Positions 37,958 through 50,226 of a stretch of 64,000 nucleotides of DNA are shown here, in pieces. The first letter of the stretch is position 1; every line of letters starts with the position of its first letter. The notes under the pieces were generated by a model, which was given only the letters and a program-made list of their open reading frames with translations, made no database searches and was not told where the DNA came from. The stretch lies in NCBI GenBank assembly GCA_004022145.1, contig RCNU01000005.1; one strand, 5' to 3'. This stretch comes from Paecilomyces variotii. Lineage: Eukaryota. The translations under genes and the position numbers were made by a program.

Positions 37958-39459
37958 CTAGACGAATCCTCTGTTATCCTGTCTGAACACCAACAACGCG
38001 AGCTTATGCCGTACGAACAGTCCAAGAAGTCCGCAGGCTGTCTGAATGGCAACCATGTGCCATGCGAGTTTGTCTTCTCTCATCGGGCCCATCCAGACCA
38101 GCCATAGATTGAGAATAGTCAGGTTGGTAGACTCGATGATTCGCCCCTCTTTATTCTTCGTTAACCGTACCAGTCGCAGCCGTTCCAACAGCTCCAAGGC
38201 CGCAGCCACGAGAGGTTGCGGAGGCGCTACCCACTCAGTCACGGATGCATCCAACAACCCCGTGGAGGCATTGAACTTGGGTAGACGATGACGCGGACAC
38301 GGAATGATACGGAAAAGCTGGGGTGTCGAGTACAGAAAGTTAAAAATCTGCGGTATGAACAGTAGGAGCAGAGTCTTGCTGAAATGGCCTAGGATGCCGA
38401 CCACAGCAAACACCATACCAGCGAAATAACAGTATGTGTCACCAACGAAGACCTTCGATGGGTACCAGTTATGGCACAAAAGCGCCAATGACACTCCGAC
38501 AAATGGTAGCAGGAAGTAGATCGAGAATAAATGCGAATCTGTTGCCGGGTGCGGGTATGGTGTAAACGGTGCCAGATACAATGCATCGTTAGCTAGCAGC
38601 AGAAATGCGATAACTAACGATTGTGAGACCTCGACACCATTGATACCGGCCAACATATTGATACTGTTTGGACAAAAGATGGCTACTGCAGCCATGTACG
38701 CATAGTACAGCCATCCAAGATCGACACTATTGCCGAGATAGCGCTGAAGTGGAACCGGAACTACCACCTGTGTGACTCCAAAATCTACGAAGTAGACGAT
38801 GAGCATAGGTATACTTCCGAATGCAGGAATCAAGACTTTGTGCCGCCATCGGATGTCCAGCAAATCGTCTCCGATTCCGAGGATAACAATGGACTGTATT
38901 GAGAGTAGACCAGACAGATAGGACGCGAGCTACCAGCGATGTCAGACAGGGAGACCTGATTCAATGCACTGAAGGAATTACATACCTTGCTATGAGGGAA
39001 TCGGTGAAGGAAACGGCCTGTCTCAACTTCTTGGACTTCAAAGACCACGTCCCTATTCCCTCCCCCTGAAGTAGCTGCGACAATATATTTATAGAATGGA
39101 AAAGGTATGAAGACAATTAGAAGCAACAGATATACCACGGCACAGACGGCGCCCATAGTTTCTGGTCTATGTAGCAGTCAGCATTGAACGAACCATGTAT
39201 TGGAAGAAGGCTCGTACATTTCAGGTTTTCGAGGCTTGGCCATGTCCTTCCCCTTTAAGCCGGCTTTCATGAATACTGGACCAAGCCACCTTATCAGGCT
39301 ATACGTTGCAGCAAATGCGATCGCACTAAATGCAAGTGAAGCAATCAAGGGCTCGCCGTCGCCCTTCAGAGTATTGACGATGATGCCAATAGAGGCTCCG
39401 ACAAGGAGCAAAAGACCCCATGTCTCCGTTCTGGTTAGAGTCGCCGAGGTAGCCATCAT
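37958..39459 (-). CDS. alg7: UDP-GlcNAc:dolichyl-phosphate GlcNAc-1-phosphate transferase, 3 exons
   Basis: PETMGAV, GIGDDLLDIRWRHK, NSINMLAGINGVE, VFVGDTYCYFAG, CPRHRLP. Confidence 0.96.
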
Positions 39460-39864
39460 GAAATTGTATGTGGATTCATGATTATACCTGCGAGACTATC
39501 TCACAAGTAAAGGACCTCCAAACACAATATGGACCTGCAATCTGGCATAATGCACGCTTGTGATTCTGCCGGTGCAAAACTTTACCGCCTTCGAGGCGGT
39601 CAGCCAGATATCGGCTGGATCCGTAAAGTCGGGTGCATAAGTTACACCCCAAAATGGAATAGTTTGCAGACGCCCAATATCCATGGCGCGCGTTTACCGT
39701 TCACTGCCCATTCAGATGCGCCCTACAGGGAAGTACATCCATACTCCTCAAGGAACAGCATTAGCGAACTACTCTCCAGCTGATATCCAATTGTACTTTA
39801 GACTCTTTATTCAGAACGGTAAAGGTCGGGTGTGGGATTTACGGGCCTGGCAGCACGAGCCAAT

Positions 39865-41175
39865 ATGACAAACGGGTTCACAGACTTCGATGCTGGTCAT
39901 CGTGACCTGGTTACCGTTACCAAATTCAATTTTTACGGCAATAGGATTGTCACAGCTTCCTCTGACCATCGTATGAAAGTCTGGGACCAGAAAGACTCAG
40001 GTTGGCAACCGGTTGATACTTGGCGCGCCCATGACGCCGAGATCCGCGATGTAAGAATCCCTTTGTGCGTCTGGAACCCAATTATTGATGTTCAAACAGG
40101 CTACCTGGAATGGTCCATTCACTGGCCAACATATCGGCAGTGTTGGTGAGGACATGAAATTCAAGATATGGCAGGAAGATGTGACTCAGCCACCCAATTC
40201 TGGTCGCCGTTTCAAGCCTATCTTCCGCATGACAGCACCGCAGCGGCATCCTTTTGTTTCATTGGACTTCCGTAATATAGACATGGAGACATGGCTTGCA
40301 CTTATCACTCGAGACGGTTACCTTATGATCATGGAGCCTGTCAGTCCAGATACACTGGCTGAATGGCAAGCATTGGACCAATTCCGCGTGTGTGCTGCAC
40401 CGCAGCGCGGGGAGGAGACGAGCTTCCGAGTTCAATTCCACCATGACCCCGTCGATATAACCCATTCGCTGCTGCCAAGCTGGGATCGGAAAAGCCTCTC
40501 CCTAGTTGTCGCAGCCATGGATACTGTAAAGGTGTATCGTACAGATGCAAACCGGCGCTTCTACCACGCTATTGAATTGAGTGGACACGGTGGTCTCGTC
40601 CGAGACATATCCTGGGCAAATGGCTCAGTGAGGGGATTCGATCTCATTGCGAGCGGTTGCAAGGACGGTTTTGTGCGCGTGTTTGAGGTCTACACTACCG
40701 TCACTAATGCGGGAACAAATAATGCGAACAGCAAAAATCATCAGGCGTCCTCACAATCCCCATTTGCACGTCCAACAGTGCAATCAGGTATTGGTTCTGC
40801 GCTTGCAAACCGAGCCCCTTCGTCCATGTCGAACCGAGGAGCAACGGGTGATCATCACTTCAAACACACGTTCAAAGAAGTTGCCTGTATTGACAGTAAG
40901 CACTTCGACGTGTGGCAGGTAGAATTCTCCTATGCTGGTATGTCCCCAATTGTCAGTATCGAAATCTATAATACTCATTACCTTGACAGGTGACTGTCTA
41001 CTCTCGTCCGGCGACGATGGTTCTGTGCGTTTCTGGAAGAAATCCCTGTCCGGCGAATGGCTTGAATTCGCAGAGACAAACATGGCAGATGAGTATGTCT
41101 CCCTCGGCCTTCTGTACCCGTAAAGCGCCGCTGACTTAGAACGAAATTACCAGGCCAAATGGTGCTCCAGCATGA
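39865..41175 (+). CDS. seh1: WD40 nucleoporin / GATOR2 subunit Seh1, 4 exons
   Basis: GHRDLVTVTKFNFYGNRIVTASSDHRMKVWD, WRAHDAEI, KIWQED, GHGGLVRDISWA, LLSSGDDGSVRFWK; last exon PNGAPA-TGA ends at 41175. Confidence 0.88.
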
Positions 41176-41756
41176 CATGTTTCTGCGGAATCAAATTTTC
41201 ACATTCTAGACCGAGTGTGGGCGCTCTTCCGTCCAAATGGTGGACTCGTCTTTTAGCCCACTTCTGTTTTATTATCGTTCTGTAGTCTTGGTGTGGGAGC
41301 ATTGTTGGGTCTGGATGTTTGAGATACCCATGCTTCAGTTGTATTTGTGCCCTTCGTTCCTGTCCTCTGCTGCGACAGACTCCTCTCGAACTTCGACCTA
41401 GCTGTTCGTTCAAGCTGAGAGAGTCCTGTTCTTTCGTTGCCAACTGCCCTGTTAGCGGTGTTTAATGTACTGATATGTTGATCGAGCTCCTGGAGTGAGA
41501 TGCGTGGTGAAATCATGGTCCAGTTATCTTCTCTAAGACAGCCACCATCACCAGAGTATGGTCATATTACGCGGCTTCGAGCTTAACCTTCTGTGCCCCT
41601 TCCATTTTTGGGGACTCAGGCCTATGGAGAGATACGGTCCGCCCGGGATCATTGAGGAAGGAACTATGAATCGGTATTCAACACACTGGGAGGGTCCCCC
41701 GCCATCTGTTTTTTGGGTGAAGAGCAGATGTATCATTTCTCTACCTGTACAGCAAC

Positions 41757-43424
41757 ATGGACATCGACGCCACTATTGGAGCAGGCTTCCTGCTCGGGGC
41801 CGGCCAGGCACTAGCCGTCGGTGGCCCAGCGTCGTTGCTGATGTCTTATGTATTCATATCTGCATTATCTCATTGCATCTTGACCGCTGTCGCAGAAGTT
41901 GGGGCATATCTGCCAATGCAAGGTGCTGGAGTCAGCGCCTATGCCTCCCGATATGTCTCACCAAGCATGGGATTCTCCATGGGTGCGCTGCATTGGTATG
42001 GACTGGGAGTTGCAGTCCCGTACCAACTCACAGCCATGTCCTCTTTCGTTCGGTATTGGATGCCCGATATCAACTCAGCAATCCCACTAACAATCAGCCT
42101 CGCAAGCGTTGTTGGAATGAACTTCATGCCGCAGCAGTATTTTTACCTGTCGACGACGTATCTAATGTACTTCAAAGTAGCCATGATGGCATTCTTGCTG
42201 ACTCTCTCTTCGATCCTCTTCCTTGGTGGTGGTCCGGATGGTGGCTTTTTGGGTTTCCATTACTGGAATACTCCTGGGGCTATGAATGAGTTCCTCTTAG
42301 GTGGTTCTGGCGGTCGATTTCTAGGTCTCGTGCAGTCTACATTGACCAGTGCCGTTGCCTTCCTCTTCTTGCCGGAAATGATCATCAGCAGGGGTGCCGG
42401 TCTGGTATCACCTCGACGCATGATACCCGTGACCGCTCAGCAAGACAACGGGATGGTCACCTTCTCATACATGATGAGCGCTCTCGCAATGGGAGTCGTC
42501 GCCCCTTCCGATGACCCACACTTGTTGAACGGGAATTTCGAACCCAGTTCAGGTTCTGGGTCAGATTCATCATCTTCTCAATCTGGTCAATCCCCTTTTG
42601 TCGTGGGCGTCAACAGGGCAGGGATCAATTTCTTGGGCAGTCTCCTGAACGTAGGGAACCTTATCTCTGCTACCTCTTCAGGAAGCACCTTGCTACAAAT
42701 ATCTACCCAATCACTCAGCTCACTTGCCGCCTCGGGCCATGCGCCGGCCACTTTCGGGGTCCGCAACAGATGGGGCACTCCGTACATGGCTTTGGGGGCG
42801 TCTTCAATTTTCTCTGGTTTCGCATACCTAGCCCTGGCACAGTCCGATCCACAGATTCTCCAATACTTGATGAATTTTATCAACACTTCGGGCTTTATGT
42901 CCTGGCTCGGTTCCGGCATGGTGTATAGCCGCTTTCGCAGTGCTGCCAGGGCCCAGGGTATCGAGCTCCCCTACACGTCTCGCCTCCAGCCATACGGTGC
43001 ATATTTTGGCATGGGGTCTAGCGCTCTACTCTGTCTGGGAAATGACTTCAGCTTTTTCTTTCCGTCCAATTTCTCTATTCCGAACCTGATGGCAGCATAC
43101 AGTGGTATTCCGATCTTCCTGCTCACCTACGTGGGACACCGGTTGATGTTCCGACAGTATCCGTGGATATACAAATCAGAGGAAGTTGACCTTTTCACTG
43201 GGCTCGATGAGGTTGTTGCTGCTGAACAGGAAGCGAAACCGGAAGATACGTGGTGGGGACAATTTTGGGTAATTGTTGCCGGTATTCGCGAGAGGTTTCG
43301 ACGCGCCATGGCTTTTGTCAGACAAAAATGGGGTCACTCAAGGCCCAGTGATTCTGAAAATAGCGCAGAAGTTGGTGAGACTGATGAGTTCGATGGAACT
43401 GGAGAGACTCGGGAGGTACCGTGA
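41757..43424 (+). CDS. Divergent YAT/APC-family amino-acid permease (N-terminus uncertain; possible upstream exon with intron 41674-41752)
   Basis: TIGAGFLLGAGQALAVGGPASLL, GFHYWNTPGA, QSPFVVG, NRWGTPY, LQPYGAY, AAYSGIPIF; roughly 12 hydrophobic segments. Confidence 0.8.
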   Translation: MDIDATIGAGFLLGAGQALAVGGPASLLMSYVFISALSHCILTAVAEVGAYLPMQGAGVSAYASRYVSPSMGFSMGALHWYGLGVAVPYQLTAMSSFVRYWMPDINSAIPLTISLASVVGMNFMPQQYFYLSTTYLMYFKVAMMAFLLTLSSILFLGGGPDGGFLGFHYWNTPGAMNEFLLGGSGGRFLGLVQSTLTSAVAFLFLPEMIISRGAGLVSPRRMIPVTAQQDNGMVTFSYMMSALAMGVVAPSDDPHLLNGNFEPSSGSGSDSSSSQSGQSPFVVGVNRAGINFLGSLLNVGNLISATSSGSTLLQISTQSLSSLAASGHAPATFGVRNRWGTPYMALGASSIFSGFAYLALAQSDPQILQYLMNFINTSGFMSWLGSGMVYSRFRSAARAQGIELPYTSRLQPYGAYFGMGSSALLCLGNDFSFFFPSNFSIPNLMAAYSGIPIFLLTYVGHRLMFRQYPWIYKSEEVDLFTGLDEVVAAEQEAKPEDTWWGQFWVIVAGIRERFRRAMAFVRQKWGHSRPSDSENSAEVGETDEFDGTGETREVP

Positions 43425-45135
43425 TCAAGACGACTGCGAGAGTCGATCTAAAGTGCTGAATGTGTCTGGGGGAATCCCGAAACCTGTCAAAGTTGTATAT
43501 CATCCTGCGCTGAAGCTTCTGTCAGCTATCCATACGCACCGGAGAACAGTCTCGATCATCGCATGTTTTTTTGAAAGAAGATAGTCCCGTGACATTCATA
43601 GCAGCTTTCTCTAGAATCCTGTTTCCTGCAAAACAGCACACCATCTGCGTAGGTGTATATATCTCTGTCGCTGGAGATCAGCGGTCTGGGCATGGCAGCA
43701 GCCGCCGTCTGATAATCCGTCTTTCCTGGCAGGCCTCTGTCAGGAGCGTCTTATATCATGGCATGACCCATCTCAAGCCGAGTTCAAGACCCAAGTACCA
43801 TCAACGACGAGTACAGAGCACGGCGATCATCACTGGTATCTCCGATCCATGTCATCGATCCGCCGTTGGCAGCCCCGCTGGAGCGTCGATCAGCGCTAGG
43901 ACCATGTGCCAAGGGCAGAGATGGTAGAGCATGACGAAGTGAGCGTGACCAAGTTAGGAATGTAAACAGGGATGACAAGGCAGATGAACGTTTGGGGTCG
44001 AGGAAACGGCGTGTAGGGGACCTTGTTCGTCTCGAGTATGATGAAACCGGCCATTGCGGCTCTCCAGGAGCACGCAGGACGACTGTCCCCAGGGGGAGGG
44101 GGAGTCATCTTGGCAGTTGATAATAATAATAGTGAAAGAGATGAATGTCAATGGGATGTTGATGCCAGAACGGAGCAGAAGCTGATGACTCTACTGCCAA
44201 TGTACCGGAGAAATCCGTTGTTGACGCTGAGCTGGACTGTAGAGCAGGCTGATGATTCCTTAAATTAGTGGCGGGTATCAAGGAGCTCGAGTGATCCCAA
44301 ACAGCCTGCTAGTTATTAAATTAGCCAGCAAGTCCCTATTATTTAGTAGTCTGGCCAGCAATTGTCGGAACAACACTAGATACTCTAGAGTACTAAACTA
44401 CCGGGCAACGCTGGCGGGTCGTCCCGTCCCCACGGTAGTTGATATAATAATAAATAATGACTGCTTGACGCCAGCCATCACTGGGTTCGTCAACGTGCAA
44501 TTGATTACTGGTTAGTGAGTATCATCTGGTCTTTGCGTTCCCAGGCTCTCTTTTCTCTCTCTTTGATTCTCCCCTTGCCCCTCATCTCTCTGCACTCTCA
44601 TCCATGTTTTTATTTAATTAGTTGCATCTGCACATCTTTTGCGCTCTTCTTTTACCCGCCTCATTAATCCGGTGGTCCACCGGAATGATTTTAGGACGCC
44701 AACACCGCTGTTTCTGCCCGTCAGGCTACATCTGTCTTGCAGATCGGGCCTGACCCGACGGCTTGTTGTCCTATCTGCGGTCTGGGAAGTCAAAATGATA
44801 CTTCGTTTCTCATCTCGCGGACGACGAGCATATTCGTCGCTACTGGGACGAAAAGCAAAGACGACCTGAGAGGGAGGATATTGGATTGGATTCAACGAAA
44901 GCGCCCCCCGGAAGTGGCAATTTCTCCCATCGCTAACGAGAGTATTTTCTTACTCCATCCACCGCTTCCCCGGGAAGGGTGTGGTGGTGCTCTGTGCTTT
45001 TTGCTTTTCTCTTCTTCCTGCCTCCCCTTCTCACTACTACGCTCTCGTTTTCTCTCTTTGCGTTGCCTGTCCGTGGGTATTATTACTCCTCTGTTCGTCC
45101 TACTGGGTGTACTTCTGGTCTCTGCCACTGTCTCT

Positions 45136-45141
<6 letters not shown>

Positions 45142-45167
<26 letters not shown>
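45142..45167. repeat. (CT)13 microsatellite
   Basis: Read directly from the sequence. Confidence 0.9.
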
Positions 45168-45172
<5 letters not shown>

Positions 45173-45900
45173 CCCTTTCTGGCTTCTTCTCCTGCCCTCG
45201 ATGGCGAACTTGTCGGGTGACCTCCTGGGCAGTGCAGACAGACAAGCCGTGCGTGACCCAATCCAAGCGTTCCGAGCAGCGTCGGGCACGTCCATAATAG
45301 GACTGCTCTCCCCCTCCAGCGGCCGGCTGTTGACACCACACAAACGAGATTTCCCTGCCGTCGCTCCGATCTAACAGCGGAGAGAGAGAGCTTCCGCTGT
45401 GGTTTTCGTGCTGCTAGTAATTTTGGTTTATTATTCTATTCCCTCTCTTCTTGCTATTCCTATCATTCTTTTACGGTTCTTTTTTTCTGTCCTAAGGGTT
45501 TCCACCTGGGTGCAGTGATTCCTCCCGCTGGACGATCCTGACGCAGTCCACGGTTCCATGTCCGGAGGCTCACCAGATTCCTCAACTGGACTTCCGAATC
45601 GGGCGGACCTGGCACTCTCGACCTCAATCTCCGCATCAGCCCTCTGGCACCTTGCTACTGACATCCTTCCTTCTTCTTCTTTTCTCCTCGTTCTCGAGGC
45701 AGCTGCCCTGCCGCAGCTCAGCGTCTCCCCTCGACGCTCCTTTCCTCTCTGCTACCCCTCTGCTCTCCTCAGCTATCGAGACGGACTGCCACACGGCCCG
45801 TGACCAGCAGCCATGATGACTGTCTTTTTTTGCTCAGACCCTTTTTCTTCTTGGCTAACGCTCCCCATGCAGTTGCTAACAAACAGTGGATTACGGTCTT

Positions 45901-45973
45901 CTACTCTACTCTACTCTGCTCTGCTCTCCTCTTACTCTACGATGGCTGACTGACTGACTGACTGACTGACTGA
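45901..45973. repeat. (CTACT/CTGCT)n and (CTGA)7 microsatellites
   Basis: Read directly; CTGA x7 at 45946-45973. Confidence 0.9.
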
Positions 45974-47123
45974 CCATCCCCTGCATTCCTCCCAGCGTTC
46001 CCCCTCCTGCTGCCTGTTTTTTTCTGCCGCCCACCGGCCCTCCCCACCTTGCCTGGCCGGGTCAGCCTCTCACAACCCTCGGACGCGTCCCCACTCGGCC
46101 CAGCCGTCCAATGCGCGTCGCCCATTCCGCATCAGGCAAGGCGGTTCGCCCGGGCCCTGGCTGGAAACGGACAAGCGGCCCCGGCCGTCAGGCCTGGCAG
46201 TTCTCGCTCGCTCTCCTGCTTGTCACCGCCCGCGCCTTTTCCCTTCCCTCGCTCTTCGTCCAGCTCGCTGTCTCTGGTCTCGCTGGTCTCTCGCTGGCTG
46301 CTCCCGCCCCAAGAAGAACTTCTTCCCACATCTTCCCTCCCTCCCCCCCCCCCAGCAGCCCAGAAAAAGAGAAGAGCCCGCGCCTTTCCTCTTTCTCCTG
46401 CGCGACGCTTGAATGGCCCGTCCGTTCCTCTAGCCTTCTCGCTCGTCTTCCTCTTCCTCTTCTCTCTCACCCTCCCACACAACCCCCCGCCCCTTCCTCG
46501 CATCTTCATCCTCCTCTTTTCTCTTCTTTCTCCATCTCGCTGTCGTCCTGTGCATCCTGCTGGTCCGTCTCGCGTTGTGCGTCTCGACCTCGTCAGTGCG
46601 CTGAATGTCGTCGCTGGCCTAAAGGTAGCGGTCTCTCTCGATTCCTCGACGCTCTCGCCTCCTTGCTACAGCGTCGCACGCGTGGAGGCCCTCGACGATC
46701 CACGACTTTCACGATACCGTTCCTGCGACTGCCTCCCATACGATCCAGCTGGTCATCCTATTGATGCTTACGACGGTTACGAACGCTACACACACGCGGC
46801 TCCTCTCCTTCCCGCTCCTCCCGGTCTGCGTACGTCGACAGGTCTTGCCGTCCACAGTCCGACGATAGGGTATCCCCGTTGCGCTTGGAGATCGCACGAC
46901 CGTCGACACCCTGTAGGCAGAGCATTCTGGACGGTCGCGCCGCCACAGGGTCATCGGTCGAACGAGGATCTGAAGGCTGAAAGGGCTGTTTTGGCGGTTG
47001 AGGACACGTCTCACTAGAGAGCATCCTCGACGGCTGAGATGCGCCGTGACCGCTGGCGTCTCTATCACTAGGTGTTGAGGACGAACGACAATCACGCCTT
47101 GTGAGGGGGTACGCTGTCAGATT

Positions 47124-49970
47124 ATGACAGATACCTCCTCCGTCGTCGCAACCACGCATTCCACCACGGACCCGTACCCGGTCGCCGGCCCTCTGAACTC
47201 TCCCGTCCCGAACGGTGCCGTCTCTGACTCCGTGCCCCCCGGGGAAGATGAACCGTACACTATCAAGTGCATCTGTGCCTTCCAAGATGACGATGGTAAT
47301 ACGGTCTTCTGTGAGCGGTGCGAGACGTGGCAGCACATCGAGTGCTACTACCACGGTCGGGACGTGCCCGAGGTCCATAACTGCGTGGACTGTGAGCCGC
47401 GGCCTATCGATGCCAAACGTGCCACAGAACGCCAGAGGCGCCTCCGAGAGCAGAGCGAGGCTGGCGACCGCAAATCCAAACGATCGGGCCCCAAGAGCCA
47501 CAAGAAGAAATCCAAGGACCCGGAACACGTAAATGGCTTCCATCAGCGGAGCGAGTCGGGTGTTCGAGATCAGCCGCCCACCAAAAAAACCAAGACCAGT
47601 CACCGACCCTCTGTCTCGGTCAGCTCGCTGCCAGGAACGGCCGTCCTGCAGCCAGATTCTCGCAAGCGCTCAGGATCGATGGCGGCGATGAGTCCAACCA
47701 AGGCGCCCGGTCCGTCAATTCCTCTGTACTCAAACGAATTTCTCCATCTCTACCAACGCGACCAGGAGCCCATCCATATGGAAGGCAATCTCTTTGTCAA
47801 CCTCACGCTCGCAGCCGATCTGGCCTCGTGGGTCAAGGACCCATCTGCCCTCTCGCGGGTGGTCAATGGACGCTCCCCGCAGGACATCTTCACCCGGTCG
47901 GATGCATCGCTCGAGTCTTCCCGGTGGCCTCATCTGTCAAAGGAGTCGATCACGGACACCAATTTCGAACAAGATGGGCTCCACCCGACCTGGAGGGTGC
48001 TGAAAACTGACAATGAGGTTCGCAAGGACGAGATCGTGGGCGAGGTGCGCGGTAAGATCGGTCTCCTCCGCGACTACTGTCTGGACCCCAGCAACCGATG
48101 GCAGGAACTGCGCCATCCGGAACCCTTTGTCTTCTTCCATCCTCAACTCCCCATCTACATTGACAGCCGAGAAGAAGGGACCATGCTCCGGTACATCCGT
48201 CGATCGTGCCGCCCGAATGTAACCATGAAGACGTTCATCACCAACGAGGTTGAATATCGGTTCTGCTTCGTTGCTAACCAAGATATCCCGCCGCAATCCG
48301 AGATCACCGCGATGTGGTACCTAGATCCTCAGCTGTTTGAATCGACCAACGGTCTGGTGAAGCAGGAGTCGAATGACGGTCGCCAGGAAGCAGCCGCCAT
48401 CTGCATCAGCAATGTGCTAGCTCATTTTGGTGGCTGCGCGTGCGACTCCTCTTCTCAGCCGTGTCTACTGTCCAACGTCGATCTCCGCCGTTATCCCAAG
48501 GCGATTGACTCCAGCGGGAAACAGGCGAACGGCAGACGCAAGAAGGCCAAGAGCAAACCGCACTTGTCACCTGCCGCCACTGGACGAGCTGACAGTGAGG
48601 GTGTCAAGAATCAGGACGACGATGATATGGCTGACGGGCGATCCACTTCAGGGTCGACGCGTGGTCATGCTCGAAGCCGTGACGAGACCCCTACGATGCA
48701 GTCACCAAATGACCTGGGTGACACAGAACTCTCCGCCCGCGATAAGCGGAAGATCGCCGCTGTCGAGAAGAAGTTCGAGCAGCTCGAGCACGATCAGCAC
48801 ACGCATCAACGGAAGAAAAAGCGTAGTACACACTCAGCTCAAACGACCCCAACTGTCGCCAGTTCAAAACAGCACGGATATTTCCCTAGCACGACCGGCC
48901 GTCAGTCTCGCTCTCCTCCTTTTCACTTATCACCGGGAGCCTCTTCTGTCGGGCGCATAGGCTCGCCGAGGAAAAGCTCCGGCTCTAATACTCCCACACG
49001 ATCACCTCTCGCCCCTCGCCAATATGTCGACTCTGCTATGCAGACCGATCCCGACGAGAATGATGTGCGGTTTGTTCCCCCAGTATCGACGCCACGTCGA
49101 CACAGCTTCGTTCCTCTTACCCAGCGGCTGCTGAAGCGATGCCATCAAGATCGCGTCAAGCTGGAAGAGTTGGGCAAGCAGCGGGATATCACCACAGTCC
49201 CAACGACGGGCACGCATTATCCTAGCTCTCCCTCTGTGAGCGTTGATGATACTGCTTCTAAGGCGCACAGTGAAAAAGACGATGTGGAGATGAGGGATGC
49301 TGACACGGCGATGACTCCGCCGCCCAAGCCTCGCACGTCGGAGGCTGGAGATGGCGTCTCGAGGGCAGAGTCGAGTTCGGTCTCTCCCAGCGTCTCGGAG
49401 GAAACCCCGAAACCGCCTCAAACCCCGTGGCCTTCAACTGCTGCGCACAACTCACCTATCCTGACCAACGGCGCTCGTTCCGCTCTCCGCGTGCAGCTCC
49501 CTCCCACCAATCTCCCTGCTGCACCCTTTGTGAACACTCCCGGGTCGGCTGTCTCGTCTGTTCTTCCATCACCTTCGGGCTTGGACTCGGCCCTGTCGCA
49601 AGCTGGTTTGCATACTCCGGGATCCGGTGTCACTGCTCCTAGTCCTGTAAAGAAGAAGCTAAGTCTAGGCGACTATCTCAGTCGGAGAGGGATCACGACG
49701 CCTACTACTGAGAAGAGCCAGACGACTGCAATGCTGCCGCCACAGAAATCGCCTTCTTCACAGGCGCCAGCTGGTAGTAGTCCACCTCTGTCGACGGAAG
49801 GGGCCCAGACACACCCCGAACCGGCGTTAAAAACTGATACCCCTCGCCGCGAGAGTCCGGGCCCGCTTGATGTGCCCATGAAAGATGTCCCCAAACCGCC
49901 TCCATCCCCTCCTTACGTCTCCTCCGTTCCTCCTACATTACCGACCCAACCGAGTGTTTCGCCGTCGTGA
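47124..49970 (+). CDS. set3: PHD-finger + SET-domain protein of the Set3/Set4 (MLL5/UpSET) type, intronless, 948 aa
   Basis: PHD IKCIC...CERCETWQHIECY...CVDC; SET with RYIRRSCRPN (RR in place of NH, typical of this subfamily); C-terminal KKKLSLGDY. Confidence 0.88.
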   Translation: MTDTSSVVATTHSTTDPYPVAGPLNSPVPNGAVSDSVPPGEDEPYTIKCICAFQDDDGNTVFCERCETWQHIECYYHGRDVPEVHNCVDCEPRPIDAKRATERQRRLREQSEAGDRKSKRSGPKSHKKKSKDPEHVNGFHQRSESGVRDQPPTKKTKTSHRPSVSVSSLPGTAVLQPDSRKRSGSMAAMSPTKAPGPSIPLYSNEFLHLYQRDQEPIHMEGNLFVNLTLAADLASWVKDPSALSRVVNGRSPQDIFTRSDASLESSRWPHLSKESITDTNFEQDGLHPTWRVLKTDNEVRKDEIVGEVRGKIGLLRDYCLDPSNRWQELRHPEPFVFFHPQLPIYIDSREEGTMLRYIRRSCRPNVTMKTFITNEVEYRFCFVANQDIPPQSEITAMWYLDPQLFESTNGLVKQESNDGRQEAAAICISNVLAHFGGCACDSSSQPCLLSNVDLRRYPKAIDSSGKQANGRRKKAKSKPHLSPAATGRADSEGVKNQDDDDMADGRSTSGSTRGHARSRDETPTMQSPNDLGDTELSARDKRKIAAVEKKFEQLEHDQHTHQRKKKRSTHSAQTTPTVASSKQHGYFPSTTGRQSRSPPFHLSPGASSVGRIGSPRKSSGSNTPTRSPLAPRQYVDSAMQTDPDENDVRFVPPVSTPRRHSFVPLTQRLLKRCHQDRVKLEELGKQRDITTVPTTGTHYPSSPSVSVDDTASKAHSEKDDVEMRDADTAMTPPPKPRTSEAGDGVSRAESSSVSPSVSEETPKPPQTPWPSTAAHNSPILTNGARSALRVQLPPTNLPAAPFVNTPGSAVSSVLPSPSGLDSALSQAGLHTPGSGVTAPSPVKKKLSLGDYLSRRGITTPTTEKSQTTAMLPPQKSPSSQAPAGSSPPLSTEGAQTHPEPALKTDTPRRESPGPLDVPMKDVPKPPPSPPYVSSVPPTLPTQPSVSPS

Positions 49971-50193
49971 TGCTTTCTTGCGGTCCATGTTTCATGGTTT
50001 CATGAGATCATCCGTCTATCGATTTCCTTCGAAAACAAAAGATTTGATTATGTATCGTCTGTTGTATGTGCTTCACTGGGAACGGCGTTTCACCTCAGCA
50101 AAGGGTTTCTTCGAGTGGGAAAAAGGCGTAATGTGTGTGGTTTATGGGTTACGGAGATTCAGGTCTGGATCCTTGAAAGGAACTTTGTTTTTT

Positions 50194-50195
<2 letters not shown>

Positions 50196-50225
<30 letters not shown>
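50196..50225 (+). repeat. G30 homopolymer preceded by T8
   Basis: Read directly from the sequence. Confidence 0.9.

Positions 50226-50226
<1 letters not shown>

Noticed and set aside
46049-47017. 322-aa and 217-aa ORFs upstream of set3
   Set aside because: Low-complexity S/P/L/R translations of pyrimidine-rich DNA; no domains, and an in-frame stop at 47076 separates upstream sequence from set3
48185-48225. Set3-like SET domain lacking the NHSC motif (RRSC) as a sign of pseudogenisation
   Set aside because: This substitution is normal for the Set3/Set4/MLL5/UpSET subfamily
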